From Ichthyobacteriaceae bacterium (GTDB lineage Bacteria; Bacteroidota; Bacteroidia; Flavobacteriales; JADGDT01), in assembly GCA_016744755.1 (NCBI GenBank), contig JADGDT010000005.1:9691-66048 (forward strand): a DNA stretch of 56,358 nucleotides, written 5' to 3'. The notes under the pieces were generated by a model that was not told the DNA's origin, searched no databases, and saw only the letters and a program-made list of their open reading frames with translations. The position numbers were made by a program, and so were the translations under genes. Below, piece after piece: positions 48,346 through 56,358 of this stretch. Each line of letters starts with the position of its first letter. The first letter of the stretch is position 1.

Positions 48346-48787
48346 TGTTTTCTATCTCTGATATATGATTAGTAAGTTTATCTAAAACTATTTTCAAAAC
48401 ATCAAATTCGTCATTACTAATACTACTTAGCATGGAGTTATTAATTTCGGTTAAATGAGGTTCTATTTCCCCCAACATCTCTTTACCTAAATTAGTAATA
48501 TAAATATTATTAACTCTTTTATCGTTTTTTGAATGAACTCTAAGAACCATGTTCTTTTTCTCCATTTTACTAACTAACCTAGCAATTGTAGTCTTGTCTC
48601 TATCTATAGTATTAGATAGTTCTTGCTGATTAATTCCATCATTGATACTCAAACATTTCAACAACATAAATTGTTCAACATTCAAGTCTAATTTATTCTT
48701 AATAAACACTTTATCAAGCAACAACCTCATCTTATGACTAGTTCTTCCTAATAATCCTCCAATTGGGATTTCTCCTTTTGTAATCAT
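48338..48787 (-). CDS. MarR family regulator
   Basis: GINQQEL...DKTTIARLVSKMEKK, DKRVNNIYITNLG. Confidence 0.95.
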   Translation of the reverse strand: MITKGEIPIGGLLGRTSHKMRLLLDKVFIKNKLDLNVEQFMLLKCLSINDGINQQELSNTIDRDKTTIARLVSKMEKKNMVLRVHSKNDKRVNNIYITNLGKEMLGEIEPHLTEINNSMLSSISNDEFDVLKIVLDKLTNHISEIENKL

Positions 48788-48889
48788 ATCAATTATTTAG
48801 TTGCACATACATCTTTATTTTGCAAATAAACAATTTTACACTATGCCAAACAACTCATTTCTTTAAATTAACAGTCTTTAACATAAATA

Positions 48890-48931
48890 AAAACTCGTTC
48901 ATCATAATTGCTAAATTATAACGAACGAGTT
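48890..48931 (-). terminator. Probable terminator after ChaN-like gene
   Basis: aactcgttc/gaacgagtt stem with upstream A-run. Confidence 0.65.
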
Positions 48932-49007
48932 AAAAACGAATTGCTTCTTTATTTTAAAGGGTAGAAAAGAAAGATAACAATTCTACTTCTTAACTTCTAC
49001 CATTAAC

Positions 49008-49883
49008 CTATCTACTAGTTTGAGTCATATTATCAGTAACAACAATAATGTAGTCAGCTATACTCCTCTTCTGTTCTTTTGTTTTTTCTTCCCACTCTGT
49101 CATTGTTAGAGTAGTAATAGTTTTGATATTTAATCCTGTCTTAATTTTGTTTACCCACCATACAATTCCTCTGTAATTATTTGAGTGATAAGACCCATCA
49201 ATATGTAAATAAATATCTCCTTCATTAAAATTATTTACAGAGAACATAGCCATTGTAGCATCTTTTGAAGCTTGAGACATTTGAATTTTATCCATTGATG
49301 GAGGAATATGTCCACCCATGTTTTCTTTCATATCCTCGTACACACTAGCATCGTAAAACTCTTGCAATGGTCCAATCATTGCTTTAGCCTCTGGGCTCAA
49401 CTTATCAAATGCTTCCATTCCATCTTTATAAATCATAGACGCATAACGACGTGGAATATTTGAAGCTATAAAACGTAGCTTATTTTCTTTAGCAAATTCT
49501 ACTAAAGGTTTATAATCTGTTTGATAGTTTTTCCAAAGTTGAGTTATTTCTACTAGCATTTTTTTCTCAGGGTAAAAGCCAGCCAAATATTCATCTAACA
49601 CCAATTGGTTTCCATTCTCGAACATCTCTGCTCCAAAGAAAAGTTTTTCTCCTTTATTCTTATAAAGTTCTTGTGCCAATTCTAACTGCAACCAATGCGA
49701 AATAGGATTGGTATGATATTCTCCGAAAAATATCATATCACTATCAGTCAAATCTTTTACCATTTTTCGGAATTTAACTTCCTTTCCTTTTTTATTATAA
49801 AGTATATATGCTGGTTTATCTTGCGCAAATAAGATATTCGACACCATTAATATGGGAATTAAAACTAAAAGTAATTTTTTCAT
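49008..49883 (-). CDS. ChaN-family (Tiki/EreA-like, heme-uptake-associated) secreted protein
   Basis: FFGEYH, AEMFE, W.NY.TDYKPL, NIPRRYAS, KDATMA, GSYHS. Confidence 0.82.
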   Translation of the reverse strand: MKKLLLVLIPILMVSNILFAQDKPAYILYNKKGKEVKFRKMVKDLTDSDMIFFGEYHTNPISHWLQLELAQELYKNKGEKLFFGAEMFENGNQLVLDEYLAGFYPEKKMLVEITQLWKNYQTDYKPLVEFAKENKLRFIASNIPRRYASMIYKDGMEAFDKLSPEAKAMIGPLQEFYDASVYEDMKENMGGHIPPSMDKIQMSQASKDATMAMFSVNNFNEGDIYLHIDGSYHSNNYRGIVWWVNKIKTGLNIKTITTLTMTEWEEKTKEQKRSIADYIIVVTDNMTQTSR

Positions 49884-50036
49884 TTTTATATAATTTAAAA
49901 TTTTATTGTAGATATTTTACGTCATCAAATTAACGAAAAATCTTTTTACTATTTAGTTTTATTCTCAATAGTATTTAAATTACTCATCTTATCACCTGAT
50001 ATAGAGGTTTTTCTTAAAAAGGAAAATATCTGATAT

Positions 50037-50069
50037 AAAAAAACCGTAAACATATTATGCTTACGGTTT
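50037..50069 (-). terminator. Intrinsic terminator after guaA
   Basis: A7-ccgtaa/ttacggttt. Confidence 0.75.
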
Positions 50070-50089
50070 ATATAATTTAGAAAACTTTT

Positions 50090-51622
50090 TTATTCCCACT
50101 CAATAGTTGCAGGTGGTTTAGAGCTGATATCGTAAACAACTCTGTTAACACCCTTAACTTGGTTGATAATTTTATTAGAAATTTTTGCAAGAAACTCATA
50201 AGGTAAATGTACCCAATCTGCTGTCATACCATCGGTAGATTCTACTGCTCGCAATGCAACTGCATTTTCGTAAGTACGCTCATCGCCCATTACTCCTACT
50301 GTATTTACAGGAAGAAAAATTGCTCCTGCTTGCCATACCTTATCGTAAAGTCCATCATCTTTAAGTCCTTTTACAAATATAGCATCAACTTCTTGCAATA
50401 ATCTTACCCTCTCTACAGTAACATCGCCAAGAATACGAATGGCTAAACCAGGACCAGGGAAAGGATGACGACCTAAAAGTTCAGCATCAATACCTAAAGA
50501 TTTACCTACTCTTCTAACTTCGTCTTTAAATAAAGTATTTAGAGGCTCTACCACTTTCAATTTCATGAAATCAGGTAACCCTCCAACATTGTGGTGAGAT
50601 TTAATAGTTGCTGAAGGACCTCCTGTTGCCGAAACAGATTCGATTACATCAGGATAAATTGTTCCTTGTGCCAACCATTTAACACCTTTTATTTTGTTAG
50701 CTTCATCGTCAAATACTTCAATAAATACTCTACCAATTGCTTTACGTTTTGTTTCAGGATCAGACTCTCCTTCTAAAGCATCGTAAAAACGTTGCTTAGC
50801 ATTTATACCAATAATATTAAGTCCCATGTGCTTGTATTGATCAAGTACACTCTCGAACTCATCTTTACGAAGTAACCCGTTATCAACAAAAATACAAGTA
50901 AGATTTTTGCCAACTGCCTTGTGTAACAAAATGGCTGCAACTGTAGAATCAACTCCTCCCGAAAGACCAAGTATAACTTTATCATCTCCTAGTTGTGTTT
51001 TTAGCTCATCTACTTTTGTATCTACGAAAGAATCTGGTGTCCAATCTTGAGAACATCCAACTATGTTTACAAGGAAATTTTCAAGCAATTGCTTACCGTC
51101 TGTTGAGTGATATACTTCGGGATGGAACTGAATTGCGTAAGTATCTTCTTCTTCAATTTTGTATGCTGCAACATCTACATCTGCTGTAGAAGCAATAATA
51201 TTAAATTCCTTTGGAAGAGTAGCAATAGTATCACCGTGACTCATCCAAACTTGAGAACCTACTTCAATACCTTTCATCAAATCTGAAGAATTATCTATTT
51301 TAGCTAGATTAGCTCTTCCGTACTCACGAATTTTAGAAGGCAAAACTTCTCCTCCGTTAGTTTGAGCCAAATACTGTGCTCCATAACAAACTCCTAATAA
51401 AGGAGTTTCGCCACGTATATTTGACAAATCTATTTGAGGTGCATCTGTATCGCGTACAGAATGTGGACTTCCTGAAAGAATAGTTGCTTTGAACGTATCC
51501 ATATCATCAGGTAAATGATTGTAAGGGTGAATTTCACAGTAAATATTTAGCTCGCGTACTCTACGTGCTATTAGTTGTGTGTACTGCGATCCGAAATCGA
51601 GAATAAGTATCTTTTCTTGCAT
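50090..51622 (-). CDS. guaA: GMP synthase (glutamine-hydrolysing)
   Basis: [52 protein letters not shown] 51622 preferred. Confidence 0.99.
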   Translation of the reverse strand: MQEKILILDFGSQYTQLIARRVRELNIYCEIHPYNHLPDDMDTFKATILSGSPHSVRDTDAPQIDLSNIRGETPLLGVCYGAQYLAQTNGGEVLPSKIREYGRANLAKIDNSSDLMKGIEVGSQVWMSHGDTIATLPKEFNIIASTADVDVAAYKIEEEDTYAIQFHPEVYHSTDGKQLLENFLVNIVGCSQDWTPDSFVDTKVDELKTQLGDDKVILGLSGGVDSTVAAILLHKAVGKNLTCIFVDNGLLRKDEFESVLDQYKHMGLNIIGINAKQRFYDALEGESDPETKRKAIGRVFIEVFDDEANKIKGVKWLAQGTIYPDVIESVSATGGPSATIKSHHNVGGLPDFMKLKVVEPLNTLFKDEVRRVGKSLGIDAELLGRHPFPGPGLAIRILGDVTVERVRLLQEVDAIFVKGLKDDGLYDKVWQAGAIFLPVNTVGVMGDERTYENAVALRAVESTDGMTADWVHLPYEFLAKISNKIINQVKGVNRVVYDISSKPPATIEWE

Positions 51623-52229
51623 GTGCAAAAGTAATATTTATAACAAAAATATAAAGTCTTTTTTTAGGAAATTTAGATAATTAAAAAACCAAAATTAAGG
51701 ATTTAAATTAATCCGGCTTATCCGTATATTTCTTTATTTCTTTTATTCATGAGTATCTATTTATTAGGCATTCATATTTGCTTCGCAGTATCATTGATGA
51801 AAAGAGACAGACGCAAATAAAAACCTATAACTTCCTCAAGATCATTAGATAAGAATACCATTGTCAGCCTTTGTTCTCAATGCTATGTAACACAAAAAAA
51901 CGTTACGCAATTAGTTTAAAAATAATTTAATAAATATAAAATTTATTAAAGCATAGCTTTTCCTAACAGTCTGCAACTATCACTGTAGGAAGAAAAAATT
52001 TTGGTGACACAAAATATAATTTGACAGTCCAGAATATACTGACCTAATTTTAACTGGACAACAATGGTTTTTTTTAATGAATATGATTTTAGTTTTATGC
52101 GAAACTTTAGTTAGTTATATAAAAAGTATACATCCAAAAAGCACGTTAAATATATTATTATTTCTACTTTTGTTATAGATTTTTATTAACAATATCAAAC
52201 TAATAACTCTAAAATTACTAACCTACAAA

Positions 52230-54314
52230 ATGAAAAAAACCTTATTAACTAGTATACTATTCATTTATCAGCTCAATTTACAATCACAGAGCTATAATCC
52301 TCCTACCACATTTAAAGAAACTGTAATTGACACTTATTTTGACACAACTGTAGAAGACGAATATAGATGGTTAGAAAATACTTCAAGTGATGAGACTATT
52401 AATTGGGTAAAAACTCAAAACAAATTTTCGAAAAAGCATCTTGGAAAAGCATCATCTAAAACCAATTCGTTCTCTGCAATTGACAGGTACTCACATACTG
52501 AATTCAAGTACTCTAGAAAAAAAGGTGAATACTATTTTAACCTTTATTATACTTCCCTATTTTCTAGACCTTCACTGTATTATAAAACTGACTTACAAAA
52601 AGAGTCTATTAAGCTAATCGATCCAAAGAAAATTTCATTTAACGAAGTTATAAACATCAAGAATTATGAAGTTTCTAAAGATTCAAAATACCTTGCTTTC
52701 CAATACGGAATAGATGGTAGTGATTGGTCTGAAATTAGAGTAGTAACAATAAATACTCGTGAACTACACACAGACCATATTAAAGGGGTTAAATTCTCTA
52801 ATATTGCATGGCTAGATGACGGTTTCTTTTATTCAACTTACGATCAAATAAATAAATTTGGAAAGCCAATTAATAACAAGGTTTTTTATCACAAACTAGG
52901 AACAAAACAAGTAGATGATAAGTTGATTTTTGCAAGGAAGAGTAAGCCATTAAATTACTTTGAATTTAAAACTACTTCAGATGAACATTTCTTTGTTATT
53001 AAAGAAATAAATGAAGAGAAAGGTAAATCCAGCATTTATTACATTGATTATACATCAGAGAAAAAGTCAATGAAATCATTATTACACAACGTCAATTACG
53101 ACATTAATATCATAGATAACGAAAACGGGAATTTTATAGCTACAACTTCTAAAGATTCAGAGAATGGAATGATTGTAAAAATAGATCCAAAGAAACCAAC
53201 TCAATGGAAAGTTATTGCCCCAAACTACTCTACTGACATCTTACTAAATATCAAAACTCTTACGGATAGAATAATCACAACTTATCAGCATGATCAAAGC
53301 CCTATTCTTGTTATTTACGATTATGAGGGTAATATATTATACAATACTAAATTTCCACTAGGATCTTCGGTAGGTGGGTTTAGTGGGAATAAAACTGACA
53401 ATGAATTTTTGTTTTATATTCAATCATATACTGTCCCTAAAACTATTTTCAGATTTAATATTTATTCTTTCAAAAAGAAGCTACTCGAAAAAACTGCTGT
53501 TACTTTTAAGTTTGATGATATTGTTTATGAAAAAGTAGAATACTTATCAAAAGACAGCATGAAAGTCCCCATGATTCTTATACACAGAAACGATATTAAA
53601 TTAGATGGTACAAACCCAACAATACTTAAAGCATATGGTGGATTTGGAATTATAAATTCTCCTTCTTACGATCCAGGCATTGTACATTTTATTAGAAAGG
53701 GCGGAGTATTTGCCTTTGCAAACATTAGAGGTGGTGGAGATAAAGGTTCTAAATGGGCTGAAGATGGTAAAGGTGATAAAAAACAAAATTCTATTGATGA
53801 CTTTATTAAAGGTGCTGAATATTTAATAGCAAACAAATATACTACTAAAGGTAAGCTTGCTATAACAGGCAGTTCAAACGGAGGGTTAATCGTTGCTGCA
53901 TCTGCAATTCAAAGACCTGATTTATTTAAGGTTGTTGTTCCTATAGTCGCACCTTTAGACATGATTCGTTTCGAAAAATTTACTGTTGGTCGTTTTCATC
54001 TCGATGAGTATGGTACATCAACGAATCAATCTAGTTTTAATAATTTAAAAAGCTACTCTCCTTATTTTAATATTAAAGAAGATGTTAATTACCCTCACAT
54101 GCTTGTTGTTACATCTGAAAATGATGATAGAGTCCCTCCTTTTCATTCCTATAAATTTGTTGCTAAATTGCAAAACAGAAAATCTCAAACAAATCCAATT
54201 TTGCTAAAAGTAGCAAAAGACGCAGGCCATTATGGAGCATCAAACTACATTACTAATATTAGAGAAGAAGCTAGTATTTATGGTTTTATGTTATACTACT
54301 TAAATAAAAAGTAG
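52230..54314 (+). CDS. Prolyl oligopeptidase (S9A), secreted
   Basis: EDEYRWLE, YGGF, NIRGGG, GSSNGG (Ser), DDRV (Asp), AGH (His); -7 box at 52165-52172. Confidence 0.95.
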   Translation: MKKTLLTSILFIYQLNLQSQSYNPPTTFKETVIDTYFDTTVEDEYRWLENTSSDETINWVKTQNKFSKKHLGKASSKTNSFSAIDRYSHTEFKYSRKKGEYYFNLYYTSLFSRPSLYYKTDLQKESIKLIDPKKISFNEVINIKNYEVSKDSKYLAFQYGIDGSDWSEIRVVTINTRELHTDHIKGVKFSNIAWLDDGFFYSTYDQINKFGKPINNKVFYHKLGTKQVDDKLIFARKSKPLNYFEFKTTSDEHFFVIKEINEEKGKSSIYYIDYTSEKKSMKSLLHNVNYDINIIDNENGNFIATTSKDSENGMIVKIDPKKPTQWKVIAPNYSTDILLNIKTLTDRIITTYQHDQSPILVIYDYEGNILYNTKFPLGSSVGGFSGNKTDNEFLFYIQSYTVPKTIFRFNIYSFKKKLLEKTAVTFKFDDIVYEKVEYLSKDSMKVPMILIHRNDIKLDGTNPTILKAYGGFGIINSPSYDPGIVHFIRKGGVFAFANIRGGGDKGSKWAEDGKGDKKQNSIDDFIKGAEYLIANKYTTKGKLAITGSSNGGLIVAASAIQRPDLFKVVVPIVAPLDMIRFEKFTVGRFHLDEYGTSTNQSSFNNLKSYSPYFNIKEDVNYPHMLVVTSENDDRVPPFHSYKFVAKLQNRKSQTNPILLKVAKDAGHYGASNYITNIREEASIYGFMLYYLNKK

Positions 54315-54327
54315 CTAAATTAATTGT

Positions 54328-54369
54328 AAAAAAAAAGAACTATTGTGTTTTACACAATAGTTCTTTTTT
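54328..54369. terminator. Bidirectional terminator
   Basis: A9-gaactattgtgt/acacaatagttc-T6 between convergent genes. Confidence 0.9.
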
Positions 54370-54413
54370 AAATATTTTAACAACGGTAGAACTAATTTAA
54401 AACTAATTAGCCT

Positions 54414-55478
54414 TTACTTATTTACTAAAACCCAAAGTTCTACTTCTTCGGTAGAACGCCAATGCTGATCGCGTTTTGTTTTGCTTGAGGCAGTTTTGAC
54501 ACGCTTTTTAAAACATTTCTCTAATTTAAATCTCCCTCCATCAGCTAACTCTTTATCTATTGGATGCTCTTTTGTTACATTAGTTATCTGAGCTAAATTT
54601 GAAAATATCAGAACCAATTTACCTTCTGGCAAAAGCCTTTCTTTTGCTTCTACAAAGAAATCTGTAAATAGGTTTTCATCGTAGTAAATTGCTTCGTCCA
54701 TATTATCCAAATTAGATAATTTAGGTAACCACGGTGGGTTAAAAACAATAAGTTCAGTCTGTTTTTCCCATTTACCAAAAAGATTACCAAAGTCTAATTC
54801 TATCTTACGAGACAGCTTCGTTTCTCCCATAAATTCAGTTAAACCTACTATCGCATTGGGGTTAGTATCCGTTCCAAATACTTTTTGAAAACCATGTTTT
54901 ACCATTTGTAAAGAAAGTACTCCACTACCTACTCCAACGTCTATTGCTGATTTCTTAGGCCCATCGTATCGCTTCAACCAATTATCAAAAAGCTCTAAAT
55001 GTTCGAAACGTGTAGGGAAGTAAGTTCCATAATATGGGTGTAATTTATTTCTAAGCACAGGAATAGTAATTCCTTTTAAAAACCATTGCCACGAACTATT
55101 TAAACCTTGAACTTTAGTAAAGGGCAATAGAAAATCGCTGTTATCTGGGTAAAGTTTCTCTAACCATCCTATTGATGGAGATCGTTTTACTGCCAATTTA
55201 TGACCAATTATCTGTACTAGAATAAGACTTGATAACTTGTGAAAATCAACTCTATATTTTCGTTGTTCTAGAAATGTTTTATTTGGAAGTTTATTATTTA
55301 AATGAGAATGAATCTCTTTAAGTAAATCCAATCCATTACTGTAAAAACCCTTTATCAAAACTGGATTGCCAGATTCCAACACTTCTATTGCATACTTAAG
55401 ATCCGTTCCTTTAAACGTTTCCATTTTTCCTCCAGATGAAATAGGTTCTGGCTTATTTACTTCAATTTCTATATTCAT
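54414..55478 (-). CDS. Class I SAM-dependent methyltransferase (MTS/HemK-like)
   Basis: IDVGVGSG, DTNP, FNPPW, PYYGTYFP; -7 box at 55495-55502. Confidence 0.88.
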   Translation of the reverse strand: MNIEIEVNKPEPISSGGKMETFKGTDLKYAIEVLESGNPVLIKGFYSNGLDLLKEIHSHLNNKLPNKTFLEQRKYRVDFHKLSSLILVQIIGHKLAVKRSPSIGWLEKLYPDNSDFLLPFTKVQGLNSSWQWFLKGITIPVLRNKLHPYYGTYFPTRFEHLELFDNWLKRYDGPKKSAIDVGVGSGVLSLQMVKHGFQKVFGTDTNPNAIVGLTEFMGETKLSRKIELDFGNLFGKWEKQTELIVFNPPWLPKLSNLDNMDEAIYYDENLFTDFFVEAKERLLPEGKLVLIFSNLAQITNVTKEHPIDKELADGGRFKLEKCFKKRVKTASSKTKRDQHWRSTEEVELWVLVNK

Positions 55479-55684
55479 CTGCTAATATTTTACACAAAGG
55501 TAGGCTTTCTTTTGAAGTGATTGATTAGAACTCATAATTAGCATCAAAAAACATTAAATTTGATAGTCATATTTTATACATATAGTTTATAAACATATAT
55601 GAGTGTTTTATTACGAATCATTATATTGTATATTTAACGCCTGATTAACACTGAAAAATTACCCATACTATTTACACTATTGTT

Positions 55685-56358
55685 ATGATAAAAAATATAT
55701 TAGTATTATTGCTCTATATCCCATTGTCATCTTCTTCTCAATCTCTAATAATAGAGGTCGATGAGCATCATTTTATAATTGACGAAACAAATTCAATAAT
55801 ATTATCTCATATTGAAAATATTGAATCATTCAATAATATTTCGTCGTACAATGATATTATACTATCATTAAATGGAGTTGAATTCTCTTATAATACCAAT
55901 CCTGATAGCCTTAGCTATTCTGAATCATACTCCGTTGCTAATCTATTTAAGCAATTCTCTTTATACTTTACACCACTTCCTATTATATCAATAGAATCAA
56001 CTAATGACATTGTTAATGAACCAAAAACACTTGCTTCCTTTGTATATTCTGACAATGAACAAATCATTACCTCAAATATTGGAATAGAACTTAGAGGAGG
56101 AAGTTCACAATCATACCCGAAGAAGACATATGATATTGAGTTTTGGGCAGATGATAATGGCACTGACACTAAAAAAGTTAAATTTGGAGATCTAAGAACT
56201 GATGATGATTGGATTCTAGATGGGATGTATAACGAGCCACTTAGACTAAGAAGTTATATAGCAAATAATTTATGGCTAGATATGCATATGCCTTATTATC
56301 TAGAAAACGAACCTGAAGCTAAGGCTGGAGCAGATGTTAAATACGTAGAAGTTTTTAT
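55685..56358 (+). CDS. CotH kinase family secreted protein, 3'-truncated
   Basis: Open to the window end: MIKNILVLLLYIPLSSSS|Q...LPIISIE...IGIELRGGSSQSYPKKTYDIEF...DDDWILDGMYNEPLRLR. Confidence 0.85.
   Translation, partial: MIKNILVLLLYIPLSSSSQSLIIEVDEHHFIIDETNSIILSHIENIESFNNISSYNDIILSLNGVEFSYNTNPDSLSYSESYSVANLFKQFSLYFTPLPIISIESTNDIVNEPKTLASFVYSDNEQIITSNIGIELRGGSSQSYPKKTYDIEFWADDNGTDTKKVKFGDLRTDDDWILDGMYNEPLRLRSYIANNLWLDMHMPYYLENEPEAKAGADVKYVEVF

Noticed and set aside
51775-51830. GACGCAAA suggestive of a c-di-GMP-I riboswitch, or a purine riboswitch for guaA
   Set aside because: The upstream GGCAAA element and the stems are missing, no purine aptamer core is visible, and guaA appears leaderless.
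52161-52190. gttatagatt shared with the attC-like site, suggesting the peptidase gene is a cassette
   Set aside because: No matching inverse arm, and it directly follows a TACTTTTG -7 box that explains the sequence.
213-53786. Many short ORFs (60-209 aa) overlapping long genes, e.g. 1612-1962, 2265-2585, 13464-13772, 34255-34575, 46904-47533
   Set aside because: Antisense or out-of-frame shadows of well-supported genes, with no recognisable motifs.
55915-56169. 84-aa minus-strand ORF
   Set aside because: Antisense to the CotH-family frame.

Overview
AT-rich chromosomal window from a Bacteroidota bacterium, most likely Flavobacteriales: gldI, TAnnTTTG -7 promoter boxes and cyclophilin-FKBP fusions point that way. 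It is mostly housekeeping: bcp, recA, nadBA, glutaminyl cyclase, cidA/lrgB-like pair, ruvX-def, mazG, rho with a long disordered insert, a PPIase cluster, gltBD, dacA-folP, ettA, gltA, a MarR-regulated RND pump, guaA, a prolyl oligopeptidase, a methyltransferase, and a CotH-kinase gene cut by the window end and missed by the ORF track. I found no tRNA, rRNA, CRISPR array, integrase or intact transposase. The unexplained structure is intergenic. (1) Three dispersed copies of a structured element (Flavo-1-like) have four compensatory covarying helices and a variable central stem. (2) An orphan ~155-nt rod hairpin lies between two degenerate direct repeats and may be an IS110-type non-coding end (bridge-RNA-like) that has lost its recombinase. 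(3) An attC-like site sits just upstream of an ABC gene pair. (4) Nested micro-palindrome insertions and 7/8/9-mer arrays occur at gene boundaries. (5) There are candidate MarR, CRP/FNR, LytTR, LysR and NrtR operators. All family assignments come from motif recognition by eye; no search was run.
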